From Macrostomum hystrix (Eukaryota; Animalia; Platyhelminthes): a stretch of DNA of 64,000 bases. Position numbers and translations under genes: made by a program. The notes beneath the pieces were generated by a model. The model ran no database searches. It saw only the letters and a list, made by a program, of their open reading frames with translations, and had not been told where the DNA came from. Positions within the stretch are counted from its first letter, which is position 1; every line of letters begins with the position of its first letter. Positions 43,415 through 56,376 of this stretch are shown here, in pieces. The DNA is taken from contig CATNEN010000033.1 of NCBI GenBank assembly GCA_950097015.1, forward strand, positions 2,666,001-2,730,000, written 5' to 3'.

Positions 43415-46400
43415 CAGGATGAGAGAATGAAAGAATGAAAAAGTTAGAGGGTGAGAGAGGATGAGAGAGGATGAGAGAGGATGAGAGAAGCTGAGTGAAG
43501 ATGAGAGGATGAGAGATGAGAGATGATGAGAGAGGATGAGAGAGGATGAGAGGATGAAAGGGGATGAGAGGATGAGAGAGGATGAGTGAAGATGAGAGAG
43601 GATGAGAGGATGAAAGAGGATGAGAGGATGAGAGAGGATGAGAGGATTAGAGGATGAGAGAGGACGAGTGAAGATGAGAGGATGAGAGATGAGAGATGAT
43701 GAGAGAGGATGAGAGGATGAAAGGGGATGAGAGGATGAGAGAGGATGAGTGAAAATGAGAGAGGATGAGAGGATGAAAGAGGATGAGAGGATGAGAGAGG
43801 ATGAGAGGATGAAAGAGGATGAGAGGATGAGAGAGGATGAGTGAAGATGAGAGAGGATGAGAGATGAGAGATGACGAGAGAGGATGAGAGAGGATAGAGA
43901 GGATGAGAGGATGAAAGAGGATGAGAGGATGAGAGAGGATGAGAGAATGAGAGAGGATGAGAGGATGAGAGAGGATGAGAGAGGATGAGAGAGGAAGAGA
44001 GGATGAGAGAGGATGAGAGAGGATGAGAGAGGATGAGAGGATGAGAGAGGATCAGAGGATGAGAGGATGAGAGAGGATGAGAGGATGAGAGAGGATGAGA
44101 GAGGATGAGAGAATAAGAGAGGATGAGAGGATGGGAGAGGATGAGAGGATGAGAGAGGATGAGAGAGGATGAGAGAATAAGAGAGGATGAGAGGATGAGA
44201 GGATGAGAGAGGATGAGAGAGGATGAGAGAATAAGAGAGGATGAGAGGATGAGAGGATGAGAGAGGATGAGAGAGGATGAGAGAGGATGAGAGAGGATGA
44301 GAGGATGAGAGAGGATGAGAGAGGATGATGAGAGAATAAGAGAGGATGAGAGAGGATGAGAGAGGATGAGAGAGGATGAGAGAGGATGAGAGGATGAAAG
44401 AGGATGAGAGGATGAGAGAGGATGAGTGAAGATGAGAGAGGATGAGAGATGAGAGATGACGAGAGAGGATGAGAGAGGATGAGAGAGGATGAGAGGATGA
44501 AAGAGGATGAGAGGATGAGAGAGGATGAGAGAGGATGAGAGAGGATGAGAGGATGAGAGAGGATGAGAGGATGAAAGAGGATGAGAGGATGAGAGAGGAT
44601 GAGTGAAGATGAGAGAGGATGAGAGATGAGAGATGACGAGAGAGGATGAGAGAGGATGAGAGGATGAAAGAGGATGAGAGGATGAGAGAGGATGAGAGAG
44701 GATGAGAGAGGATGAGAGAGGATGAGAGAGGATGAGAGGATGAGAGAGGATGAGAGAGGATGAGAGAGGAAGAGAGGATGAGAGAGGTTGAGAGAGGATG
44801 AGAGAGGATGAGAGGATGAGAGAGGATGAGAGGATGAGAGAGGAAGAGAGGATGAGAGAGGATGAGAGAGGATGAGAGAGGATGAGAGGATGAGAGAGGA
44901 TGAGAGGATGAGAGGATGAGAGAGGATGAGAGGATGAGAGAGGATGAGAGAGGATGAGAGAATAAGAGAGGATGAGAGGATGGGAGAGGATGAGAGGATG
45001 AGAGAGGATGAGAGAGGATGAGAGAATAAGAGAGGATGAGAGGATGAGAGGATGAGAGAGGATGAGAGAGGATGAGAGAATAAGAGAGGATGAGAGGATG
45101 AGAGGATGAGAGAGGATGAGAGAGGATGAGAGAGGATGAGAGAGGATGAGAGGATGAGAGAGGATGAGAGAGGATGAGAGAATAAGAGAGGATGAGAGAG
45201 GATGAGAGAGGATGAGAGAGGATGAGAGAGGATGAGAGGATGAAAGAGGATGAGAGGATGAGAGAGGATGAGTGAAGATGAGAGAGGATGAGAGATGAGA
45301 GATGACGAGAGAGGATGAGAGAGGATGAGAGAGGATGAGAGGATGAAAGAGGATGAGAGGATGAGAGAGGATGAGAGGATGAAAGAGGATGAGAGGATGA
45401 GAGAGGATGAGTGAAGATGAGAGAGGATGAGAGATGAGAGATGACGAGAGAGGATGAGAGAGGATGAGAGGATGAAAGAGGATGAGAGGATGAGAGAGGA
45501 TGAGAGAGGATGAGAGGATGAGAGAGGATGAGAGAGGATGAGAGAGGATGAGAGGATGAGAGAGGATGAGAGAGGATGAGAGAGGAAGAGAGGATGAGAG
45601 AGGTTGAGAGAGGATGAGAGAGGATAAGAGGATGAGAGAGGATGAGAGGATGAGAGAGGAAGAGAGGATGAGAGAGGATGAGAGAGGATGAGAGAGGATG
45701 AGAGGATGAGAGAGGATGAGAGGATGAGAGGATGAGAGAGGATGAGAGGATGAGAGAGGATGAGAGAGGATGAGAGAATAAGAGAGGATGAGAGGATGGG
45801 AGAGGATGAGAGGATGAGAGAGGATGAGAGAGGATGAGAGAATAAGAGAGGATGAGAGGATGAGAGGATGAGAGAGGATGAGAGAGGATGAGAGAATAAG
45901 AGAGGATGAGAGGATGAGAGGATGAGAGAGGATGAGAGAGGATGAGAGAGGATGAGAGAGGATGAGAGGATGAGAGAGGATGAGAGAGGATGAGAGGATG
46001 AGAGAATGAGAGAGGATCAGGGAGGATCAGAGACAATGCGCGGCTGGCTGACAGTTCGCCGCATGCAGCGGCCAGTGTGTCGAGAGTCAGCAGCGCCCCT
46101 CCCCCTGATGGCACGGAGAAGCAGCTGGGCGCAGAGGGTCTACAATGGTGTTGAAGGCATTGAAATCGTGAAAGGCATAGTGCTAGAAAGTTGACAAGTT
46201 TAGCTACTACGAGCTATTTCATATCATCTCGCATATTCGTAGAAGCAGGATTTAGCGATCGCGTATGAGCAAGGGAGCGCTGAGCAATTCAGTTTCGAGT
46301 TTGTGGCCTGCAAAGTGTAAATTTTTCATCGCCGTATCTCCCAGCTGCGCACAATGTGCCGTCTCCCAGTCTCGGACCAGATCCAATCTATAAGAATGTT

Positions 46401-47560
46401 CTCTGGACAGAGGCTTGTGACGCACTCAGCCCTTCCTGGCATCCGATATCGGTCTACACCCCCCTACGCGGCTCAGTTCGGAATTGCAATTTGCAATTTC
46501 TTAGTTAAAGCCCCCCAAGAGTCCGCCAGCCTCATTTGCACATGGCCCGCCAGCCTCCTAAACTCCTTCGTTTAAAAAAGACAAGGCCCAGCAAAACAAT
46601 TTGAAAGAGGATGAGAGGATGAGAGAGGATGAGAGGATTAGAGGATGAGAGAGGACGAGTGAAGATGAGAGGATGAGAGATGAGAGATGATGAGAGAGGA
46701 TGAGAGGATGAAAGGGGATGAGAGGATGAGAGAGGATGAGTGAAAATGAGAGAGGATGAGAGGATGAAAGAGGATGAGAGGATGAGAGAGGATGAGAGGA
46801 TGAAAGAGGATGAGAGGATGAAAGAGGATGAGAGGATGAGAGAGGATGAGTGAAGATAAGAGAGGATGAGAGATGAGAGATGACGAGAGAGGATGAGAGA
46901 GGATGAGAGGATGAAAGAGGATGAGAGGATGAGAGAGGATGAGAGGATGAGAGAGGATGAGAGAGGATGAGAGAGGTTGAGAGGATGAGAGAGGATGAGA
47001 GAGGATGAGAGAGGATGAGAGGATGAGAGAGGATGAGAGGATGAGAGAGGATGAGAGAGGATGAGTGAATAAGAGAGGATGAGAGAGGATGAGAGAGGAT
47101 GAGAGGATGAGAGAGGATGAGAGAGGATGAGAGAATAAGAGAGGATGAGAGAATAAGAGAGGATGAGAGGATGAGAGGATGAGAGAGGATGAGAGAGGAT
47201 GAGAGAATAAGAGAGGATGAGAGGAGGAGAGGATGAGAGAGGATGAGAGAGGATGAGAGGATGAGAGGATGAGAGAGGATGAGAGAGGATGAGAGAGGAT
47301 GAGAGAGGATGAGAGAATATCAGAGGATGAGAGGATGAGAGGATGAGAGAGGATGAGAGAGGATGAGAGAGGATGAGAGGATGAGAGGATGAGAGAGGAT
47401 GAGAGAGGATGAGAGAGAATGAGAGAATAAGAGAGGATGAGAGGATGAGAGGATGAGAGAGGATGAGAGAGGATGAGAGAGGATGAGAGAGGATGAGAGA
47501 GGATGAGAGGATGAGAGAGGATGAGAGAGGATGAGAGAATGAGAGAGGATCAGAGAGGAT
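43415..47560. repeat. GAGAGGAT(GA) 7/10-mer satellite in two blocks (43415-46020, 46605-47560)
   Basis: Direct reading. Recurring variant motifs indicate a higher-order period of roughly 0.8 kb. Confidence 0.95.
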
Positions 47561-48135
47561 CAGAGACAATGCGCGGCTGCCTGACAGTTCGCCGCATGCA
47601 GCGGCCAGTGTGTCGAGAGTCAGCAGCGCCTCTGACCCTGATGGCACGGAGAAGCAGCTGGGCGCAGAGGGTCTACAATGGTGTTGAAGGCATTGAAATC
47701 GTGAAAGGCATAGTGCTAGAAAGTTGACAAGTTTAGCTACTACGAGCTATTTCATATCATCTCGCATATTCGTAGAAGCAGGATTTAGCGATCGCGTATG
47801 AGCAAGGGAGCGCTGAGCAATTCAGTTTCGAGTTTGTGGCCTGCAAAGTGTAAATTTTTCATCGCCGTATCTCCCAGCTGCGCACAATGTGCCGTCTCCC
47901 AGTCTCGGACCAGATCCAATCTATAAGAATGTTCTCTGGACAGAGGCTTGTGACGCACTCAGCCCTTCCTGGCATCCGATATCGGTCTACACCCCCCTAC
48001 ACGGCTCAGTTCGGAATCGCAATTTGCAATTTCTTAGTTAAAGCCCCCCAAGAGTCCGCCAGCCTCATTTGCACATGGCCCGCCAGCCTCCTAAACTCCT
48101 TCGTTTAAAAAAGACAAGGCCCAGCAAAACAATTT
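46020..48135. repeat. ~580-bp direct duplication (46020-46604 and ~47553-48135)
   Basis: Near-identical unique sequence, from gacaatgcgcggctg to aaagacaaggcccagcaaaacaatttg, appears twice and is separated by satellite. Confidence 0.92.
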
Positions 48136-48969
48136 GCATCAGGCTACGGACGTTTCCCCTGGAGGCCTCGGTCATTGTCCGAAATGAGATTCAGATAGGG
48201 ATGCGATTCCCAAGACCATCGGTTAGTCTCCGAAGTCTCCCAGTTTTGAAAATTAGTTTCATTTTTCTACTGTTTAATTGTGTCCGAAAGTTACAATTTA
48301 ATACAATATACCAGTAAGCTACTTTAAGTAAAGCAAGCAGCAAACTCGTAAATGAAAAATGCACTTCTTGCACGATTCGCAATTTCACTGTCTTTCATAT
48401 TGCTGACTCAATTACTGCACTGCTCGTGAATGCCCGATATGTATAGAAAAATTCGCAAAAATAGCTAAAAGATTGCTGAGTAAGTAGTGTTTTGAGTCTA
48501 CCTTGATTCTTTGTATTAAATAATTCATTTAAAAAGAGTGCAGATTTAAAACAAAACGGGAAATTTCTTTAATAAAGTTCCCATTAAGATCACAGGAGCA
48601 ACAAGCAATGGGTGAAACTCGAAAAAGCACAGCAAGAAGACAGGGGAGCCTAATGGCTAGGCGTGCGCAGACTAAATTGAGCTAATCAGTCAGCGAAAGC
48701 CCTGCTCAGGATAGGGGAAAATGAAGAAGACCCGCTCAGCCCCGCCATCCTCACCCCAGCTGATTCCAGCATGCGCTCCGCCTTCGCCTTGTGTCATCAG
48801 CGCTGACTCCTCGAGCTCTCTCAGCTGCGTGGAGTTTTGCATCCGCCTGGCCCGCATCTTGCCCCTGCATAGCGCGAGACTCCGATTTCCACCCATGCCA
48901 ATAGCCTACTTCTGCCCTGTCGCATGCCCGACGCCAAGTTTACTCTTCCGAGACCGTATGAAGACTGTG

Positions 48970-49425
48970 GAATAGGGTTCGGAGGCTGTAGAGAGGGTTC
49001 GGAGGCTGTAGAGAGGGTTCCGAGGCTGTAGAGAGGGTTCGGAGGCTGTAGAGAGGGTTCGGAGGCTGTAGAGAGGGTTCCGAGGCTGTAGAGAGGGTTC
49101 GGAGGCTGTAGAGAGGGTTCCGAGGCTGTAGAGAGGGTTCGGAGGCTGTAGAGAGGGTTCGGAGGCTGTAGAGAGGGTTCCGAGGCTGTAGAGAGGGTTC
49201 GGAGGCTGTAGAGAGGGTTCGGAGGCTGTAGAGAGGGTTCGGAGGCTGTAGAGAGGGTTCGGAGGCTGTAGAGAGGGTTAGAAGGCTGTAGAGAGGGTTA
49301 GAAGGCTGTAGAGAGGGTTCCGAGGCTGTAGAGAGGGTTCGGAGGCTGTAGAGAGGGTTCGGAGGCTGTAGAGAGGGTTCCGAGGCTGTAGAGAGGGTTC
49401 GGAGGCTGTAGAGAGGGTTCGGAGG
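48970..49425. repeat. 20-bp tandem minisatellite gagagggttcggaggctgta
   Basis: Direct reading. Confidence 0.95.
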
Positions 49426-50029
49426 CGGCAGCAAGGCTGGCAGGTTGCAGAAAAGCAATTGTCAGGAGTGTGAAGCAGATCCCACTCCTCCAGATCTCAG
49501 GTTTAGTCCCGAAGCAGACAATGGTAGGGAAAAAGCTCAGTAAGGGTTTTGGGGGAGGGGCGCCGGAGACAATGGCTGCCGAAGCGACTGTCAGAAAAAG
49601 CTGTCGGAAGGAAGTTTTACCTGGCCAACAAGCCAGCGTTTTGAATTTGCGAGGTTAAAGTGAAAAGAGAAGCTTTGAGTTGATTTCCAAACTGGTCAGA
49701 CACCGTCAAAGGAATCAGGGAAGCCTTGATCCCTTTCTTGCTACCTCAGGGATTTTGTTAGGTTTATCTAGCTTTTAACCACTGGAGTGCCTGTTGAAAC
49801 AAAAAACATTAGCTACTTTTTTATTTGCTTCACTGGAGATTTGAGTAAATGTAGCAAACTCGATAGCCATCGGTTTCAAAGGTTTTAACCTCGACTTGGG
49901 TTCTAAGATGATACCAAATAACATTCAAATCCCACATCCCAAATAGAACATCTCAAATCCCACATCCCAGATATAACATCTCAAATACCAGATCAGCTCC
50001 TCCACCGCCAATCCGCCCCTCTACTGCTA

Positions 50030-51327
50030 TTCCGCTTCTCTCCCGCTATTCCGCCCCCCTATCGCTAATCCACCCCTCTGCCGCTATTCCGCCCCGTCTA
50101 CTGCCAACCCACCCCTCTGCCGCTATTCCGCCCTGTCTACCACCAATCCACCCCTCTGCCGCTATTCCGCCCCGTCTACTGCCAATCCACCCCTCTGCCG
50201 CTATTCCGCCCCGTCTACTGCCAACCCACCCCTCTGCCGCTATTCCGCCCCGTCTACTGCCAACCCACCCCTCTGCCGCTATTCCGCCCTGTCTACCACC
50301 AATCCACCCCTCTGCCGCTATTCCGCCCCGTCTACTGCCAACCCACCCCTCTGCCGCTATTCCGCCCCGTCTACTGCCAACCCACCCCTCTGCCGCTATT
50401 CCGCCCCGTCTACTGCCAATCCACCCCTCTGCCGCTATTCCGCCCCGTCTACTGCCAACCCACCCCTCTGCCGCTATTCCGCCCCGTCTACTGCCAACCC
50501 ACCCCTCTGCCGCTATTCCGCCCTGTCTACCACCAATCCACCCCTCTGCCGCTATTCCGCCCCGTCTACTGCCAATCCACCCCTCTGCCGTTATTCCGCC
50601 CCGTCTACTGCCAACCCACCCCTCTGCCGCTATTCCGCCCTGTCTACCACCAATCCACCCCTCTGCCGCTATTCCGCCCCGTCTACTGCCAACCCACCCC
50701 TCTGCCGCTATTCCGCCCCGTCTACTGCCAACCCACCCCTCTGCCGCTATTCCGCCCCGTCTACTGCCAACCCACCCCTCTGCCGCTATTCCGCCCCGTC
50801 TACTGCCAATCCACCCCTCTGCCGCTATTCCGCCCCGTCTACTGCCAACCCACCCCTCTGCCGCTATTCCGCCCTGTCTACCACCAATCCACCCCTCTGC
50901 CGCTATTCCGCCCTGTCTACCACCAATCCACCCCTCTGCCGCTATTCCGCCCCGTCTACTGCCAATCCACCCCTCTGCCGCTATTCCGCCCCGTCTACTG
51001 CCAACCCACCCCTCTGCCGCTATTCCGCCCTGTCTACCACCAATCCACCCCTCTGCCGCTATTCCGCCCTGTCTACCACCAATCCACCCCTCTGCCGCTA
51101 TTCCGCCCCGTCTACTGCCAACCCACCCCTCTGCCGCTATTCCGCCCCGTCTACTGCCAACCCACCCCTCTGCCGCTATTCCACCCAGTCTACCACCAAT
51201 CCACCCCTCTGCCGCTATTCCGCCCCGTCTACCGCCAATCCACCCCTCTGCCGCTATTCCACCCTGTCTACCGCCAATCCACCCCTCTGCCGCTATTCCG
51301 CCCTGTCTACCGCCAATCCACCCCTCC
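50030..51327. repeat. 39-bp tandem minisatellite ccgctattccgccccgtctactgccaacccacccctctg
   Basis: Direct reading. Confidence 0.95.
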
Positions 51328-52510
51328 ATTGCTCTCCCATGAGGCGCCAGTGACTTTTGTGATCAGGAAAAGCATCCCTAAAAAAGCTGGGTACCTAATT
51401 TTTACCCGGGTGTCTGAATAATCAAATATGCTTTTTTAACAATTTAAATGGAATTTTTTGCCAGCTAGAAGCATGGAAATGACAGAACACTAAACCTGGG
51501 ATTAAAAAAGAAATCAGTAAAAACTTAGCTAACTGTCAGAATCAGAAAACATTATGAGAAGCAGGTGGCAGTCACAATCCGCTAGCTAATTTCGTCATGT
51601 TTTCGCATCAGCGACTTTGCCGCGCGTGCTACGTGGATTTCAGTCTGCATGACATCAGTGCTAAATATAAGTCGGCGTGCTCTGCGTTTTATTTATCTCA
51701 GTTGAGCACACTTGCATCGGGTGTGGGCGTGCCCCCTCAATGCCCCCTCAAGACTTGCTCAATGCTACCGAGCAGCCCCACTCAGGGACTCATTACCCAC
51801 CTGCTGCATGCGTAGGCGGTTCATAAGTCAGCCTGAGGCTGTGAGCTGATGGCGGGGGTTGTGGCTGCACCGAGCACTGAGACCAACACGCTACCACAGG
51901 TGTTTATGAGCTCAGCTTAAGCGCCTGGTGCTAAGATAAGGCTAACCCCCCTCTCCTAAGGCTGACTGAATGACTGACTAACCGAATGCTGCTGCTTCCA
52001 CTTGGTTGGCTGAGAGCACTGCTTTGATTGTGTGTGTGTGTGTGTAGGCTGGTAGGACGGCGAGATAAGACCAGGCAAATACGCAGAACAAAATTCGAAA
52101 ATTTGCCTAAGCGATTCTTAGCCAAGGAGTTTCGGTTCGACTTATCAGCCAGCCAGCTCATAAAGAAGTAGAAAAAGAAGCTGACAGAATCCAACCATCG
52201 TTTCGTGACAACCGGGCGGCCTAATCCTGAGCAGCCCTTCTCAACCAGGCCAACTGGCGCAGCTCAGCTTTCCATTCTCTCACTCTCTTCTCCAATCGCC
52301 TCCGTTTGCTCCCGTTGAATCCCGGGCAAATTTTTTTTGTTCAGACCTCCCTGGATTCTGAGCAGCTGATATTCCCGAGAAAAAGCCGCCTACTCACCTG
52401 GCGCCTCACCTGCTAGCAGCTTCTCGGTATGCGGTGAGTCGGTGCGGCAAATACCAACTGGAGAACAACCTCCCTCATTGAATCTGTAAAGAAGAAGCGC
52501 CGGCTTTTCT

Positions 52511-54994
52511 ATGCAAACAATTCTTCCTCCGCCGCCGCTGCCGCTGCTGCTGCTGCTGCTGCTGCTGCCACTAGCAGCTGGCGGCTGTCCCTGGAGCATC
52601 TGTCACGATGTGGCAGTGCACAATGTGGTCAGGCCGGCTGCCTCTGACGACGATGGCATTGGCTACCGACTGCTCAGCACTCAGAAGTGCAAGCCCAGCA
52701 ACAACTTCCCAGAGCGCTGCCACATACACGAGATTGCTCACCGGCCTGACCGGGTGCTCAACTTCACAATGCGACAGGCGCAGCTCACAACTGTGCCACT
52801 GGCCGGCTTCTGCCTGTTCACGCGGCTGACCGGACTCGATCTGGCCGAGAACCTCATCGCCGAGTTCGCGTATCCGGCCGGCCAGCTTGCCAGCCAGCCC
52901 GATTGTCTGTCCCGCCTGCGCTGGCTTAGCCTGAGAGACAACCGCCTGCGCTCCGTCGACATCTCCCAGTTCCTGCGCCTGGCGACCATTGAACAGCTGG
53001 ACCTGTCTGACAACCGCCAGCTGGAGGCTCTGTACCTCAGCCAGGCTCCACCGACGGCAGGCGAGCCCGTTTCGCTGAAGACCATCGTAGCCAGCCGCTG
53101 CGGCATCAAGCAGGTGGATATCTCGCTGGTCCGGCTGCCGAGTCTGCAGGACATCGACCTGAGCTACAACCAAGTGTCGCGCGTCACCAACCGACTGAGC
53201 TGGGCCTGGACTCCGACCGGCGTTGCAAAGATCGCCGCTGAGCGAAACGCCAGGCGAGCTCGGGACCCGAACTATTATGCCCGCCTGTCAGTGCAGCTTG
53301 TACAGAACCAGATCGGACCGGAGGCCTTCGCAGACAGCCGCACCCTCTGGGGCCTCCCCGTGCCAAGCCTGAGCTCGGACTCCTCCCACTCCGCCGATGC
53401 GGTGGTGAACGCACTCAAATTGTACCGCGACGCCTTCCAGTCCTTCCTGTACATCGACAACACCGATTCGACCATCAACTGCGACTGCCGCCTTCTGCCA
53501 GCCTGGGCCTTCCTTCGCCGAGTCCACCGCGATCCAGACGAATTCTCGCGACGCAACGCCCTGTCGCTGGCCTACTGGCTCCGGCTGCGCTGCGAGCCGG
53601 CCAGTCTATCTGAGGCCGACGTCGGCTTCTTCAGCAGGCGCAACATCACCAGCCTGGAGGACACTGACCTAACATGCAGGCACAAGGACGACTGTCCGAC
53701 TGGCTGCACCTGCGTGGAGCGCGTCATGCCGTCGGAGATGACGCTGGACTGTCGCGGAGCGGGCCTGTCAGCTCTGCCGCACCGCTTGCCCTCCAGCGTC
53801 CATCCGGTACGCTACAACCTGCTGCTGGCCGACAACCGCATCAGCAGCCTCGGCCCAGCGCCGCCGGCCAATGCCAGCCTGGTGCAGCGGATTGACCTCA
53901 GCCGAAATCGCATCTCGTCTGCCACCAATTTCGCGCCGCTGTCCGCGTTCTCTGGCCTGCACTGGCTGAACCTGAGCGGCAACCCGCTGCTCAGCCTGCC
54001 CCCCAGCCTGCTCAGTCTGGCCGGCACTGGCCTGACCGCACCGCCTCGTATCGACCTCGGCTCGCCATTCATCATCCACTGCGACTGCGCGCAACTCGAG
54101 CTGGACGCCTGGGAGAATTTGCGGCGCCTCCTAGGCGACGGCGCGCGCAATCTGCGCTGTTTCGGCGTCCATGGCGAGCCGGAGTCGCGGTCCGAGTTTC
54201 GTAGCCGACAATGCGTTCAGCGGCCCAACGCCACCACCTCTGTGGTGGTCAGGGAGCAGCAGATCGTGGACCAGTCAGTGGTGCTCTGGGCTGGCGTTGG
54301 TTCAATCACTCTATTCCTGCTGGCACTGGTGGCCTCAGTGTTCGCTGTGCTGCGCTACAGACGGAGCCAGACGCGACGGGACAAAGCGCAAACTGCCATG
54401 CGGCAGCCGCCGAACTTCCAGCCGGCAATGCCGTCATCAGCAATGCAGCAGTCGATGCAGCCGCAGCCGGGAAGTCTGCCACCACCGCTGGTCGGCATTG
54501 GTTGTGTGTCGCCAGACTATCTGCCGTTGGGCTGCTCGCCCTACGACACGATGTCGCAGATGCCCCGCTACGCTGGGGCTCCCACCGCGTCCTCAGCATT
54601 CGTTCTGCTTCGTGGCGGCGCCTGCGTCAGCTCCGGTGCCGGGCTCGGAGTAAACAGTGGAAGCGCAGATTTCCGGGGCCTCGGACGCCATTATCGTCCT
54701 CAACGGCCGGACAGTGAAAACGACAGCGACGACTTCAGCAGCAGCGAAGAAGACGCTATTAACGGATGCGCCAACGGCTTCGGAGCCTCTGGCAGTGGCG
54801 GCAGTGTGCCTCGCTGCTTCTCGAGGCATCGAGACTCCTGGCACGGTCGGGGGGTCGGAGGGCCCTGTCGGGATGTACGGCAGAGTGCGCGGCTTCTTCC
54901 GCCCCCTCTGCCGCCACGGACGCAGCCGTTGCATCTTGGCGGCCTGTTGTACGGTGCATCGCCGGGCACCGTTGCCCTGGCAACCGACGTTTAA
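52511..54994 (+). CDS. Intronless LRR type-I transmembrane receptor with a Toll-type multi-cysteine-cluster ectodomain and no TIR domain (827 aa)
   Basis: Signal peptide; LxxLDLxxN repeats; LRRCT (INCDC..C); LRRNT (CPTGCTC..LDC); more LRRs; second LRRCT (IHCDC); TM VVLWAGVGSITLFLLALVASVFAVL; low-complexity tail. Confidence 0.88.
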   Translation: MQTILPPPPLPLLLLLLLLPLAAGGCPWSICHDVAVHNVVRPAASDDDGIGYRLLSTQKCKPSNNFPERCHIHEIAHRPDRVLNFTMRQAQLTTVPLAGFCLFTRLTGLDLAENLIAEFAYPAGQLASQPDCLSRLRWLSLRDNRLRSVDISQFLRLATIEQLDLSDNRQLEALYLSQAPPTAGEPVSLKTIVASRCGIKQVDISLVRLPSLQDIDLSYNQVSRVTNRLSWAWTPTGVAKIAAERNARRARDPNYYARLSVQLVQNQIGPEAFADSRTLWGLPVPSLSSDSSHSADAVVNALKLYRDAFQSFLYIDNTDSTINCDCRLLPAWAFLRRVHRDPDEFSRRNALSLAYWLRLRCEPASLSEADVGFFSRRNITSLEDTDLTCRHKDDCPTGCTCVERVMPSEMTLDCRGAGLSALPHRLPSSVHPVRYNLLLADNRISSLGPAPPANASLVQRIDLSRNRISSATNFAPLSAFSGLHWLNLSGNPLLSLPPSLLSLAGTGLTAPPRIDLGSPFIIHCDCAQLELDAWENLRRLLGDGARNLRCFGVHGEPESRSEFRSRQCVQRPNATTSVVVREQQIVDQSVVLWAGVGSITLFLLALVASVFAVLRYRRSQTRRDKAQTAMRQPPNFQPAMPSSAMQQSMQPQPGSLPPPLVGIGCVSPDYLPLGCSPYDTMSQMPRYAGAPTASSAFVLLRGGACVSSGAGLGVNSGSADFRGLGRHYRPQRPDSENDSDDFSSSEEDAINGCANGFGASGSGGSVPRCFSRHRDSWHGRGVGGPCRDVRQSARLLPPPLPPRTQPLHLGGLLYGASPGTVALATDV

Positions 54995-55400
54995 CACCAT
55001 CCCGCACTGTTCAATGCAGCTTTGGTGTCACATCGCAGCTCTGCCTTAAGTAGTTTCACTTTTGATTTACTTAACTTTTCGGGGTTTCGGAAAGTTGTGT
55101 CAAGCAGTTTCTTAGACTCTACAGGCCATATTTTGTTGTTTCAATCGTCCCAAAATACCATGTTAGTCCCGCAAACGCATTAGCAGCGGCAGCATTTCTC
55201 TTCGAGTTGTTTTGACTGTCTCCCAGAGTGATGAACCCAACTCCCTACTAGTTCTGCCATTTCCGGAGGTCGAAATTTCATAGTGAAAATACAATAGCTG
55301 GTGCACTCACTTTATTGCGCATTACTCAGTGCGTCACTTTGTTTTTGTTGTCAGTGAAGCCTTGTTCTTGAAGTTGAATTTTCCCAACAGTGTGTCGCAG

Positions 55401-55640
55401 GGAGCTCGCAGCCCAGTGGTTAGAGCTTCGGACTTTTAACCGAGAGGTCGAGAGTTCGAATCCCACCTAGGGGAAAATTGTAGCCCTAAGTAAGACCCTA
55501 ATTCCCAAGTGCTTCAGCTCACTTAGCTGTAAAATGGGGTACCCGCATCAGCTGGGGTGGACTGCCTCCTCCAGTCCACGGACAGAACCACGGAAAAATG
55601 AAGTGGACACGTGTACACAGTTTGGCCTGAGCAAATTCAT
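55401..55640 (+). mobile_element. tRNA-Lys(TTT)-derived SINE with CORE-like central domain
   Basis: GCCCAGTGGTTAGAGC (A box), GACTTTTAA loop, GTTCGAATCCC (B box). Then tgtagccctaagtaagaccctaa...gcttcag...ctgtaaaatgggg, which resembles the MIR/CORE domain. The 3' end is approximate. Confidence 0.7.
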
Positions 55641-56376
55641 ATAATATTAAGAGAGCTAACAAAGTTTGGTGAGCAGTGAATCCAACTCGTGCCGATCACC
55701 CCCAGCTAGCTCCCTGTTCTTCCCTGCTCGAATCCTTCAAATCCTCGCTGCCCGGCTTTGGCAACCCAAGCAGCCTCTGAAACCTGAGCCTAGAGCTACC
55801 AGATGTGCAGCTTGAGAACTGTCTGAGCCAGCTCTGTAGCTGCTGTCTCGTCTATCTTCTTGTTCAGATTTTTCCCTACGCCTCAGTTTGGCAGTGGGCG
55901 CAAAACTTGCGTGACTAAACGATTGCTCGATTGAGCAAAGACTGAAAAAGAAGAGAGTTTGGAGGCTTGAAGGGAGTTAGACGGAGGCTGCTCGCTTGAA
56001 AGTGTTACATCTGCACGGATACGATCAGCGAGATTAACTGCAATTTAGCCGAGCATTTGTACCGAAAATCGTTAGCATCTAACGTCTAATTTCTGTTCAT
56101 TATTCACGATTAGTTTTAATGTCCGCGTTCCTTATCCGGCACATTTTAATTGAATTAATTCACGATTAACACCCTACTTATAGTAGAAATGATAGTTTGC
56201 CGTAGCATTTTTATATTCGAGTAATATAAGAATACTTGCGAATTCTAATTTACAAGTTACTGGCACCAATAAAAATGATCAGTTAAATAATTATTCGTCT
56301 TTGATTGAAAAAAATTGTTTCAATAAAGGTTGCTAATTGTAAAAACAGTTTTCCTCCGCTTAGCCAGTAAGCCATA

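Noticed and set aside
43394-47647. 906-aa and 371-aa S/L/H/P-rich ORFs
   Set aside because: They are translations of the GAGAGGAT satellite, whose minus strand lacks stop codons by composition.
48690-48975. Short GC-rich ORFs on both strands as an exon
   Set aside because: I could not choose a strand or frame, or recognise any motif.
48940-51329. 172-aa and 427-aa repeat ORFs (GGIAAEGW...)
   Set aside because: They are read-throughs of the 20-bp and 39-bp minisatellites, with no unique coding flanks.
52571-55053. Many short overlapping ORFs on both strands
   Set aside because: They are shadows of the GC-rich LRR coding sequence.
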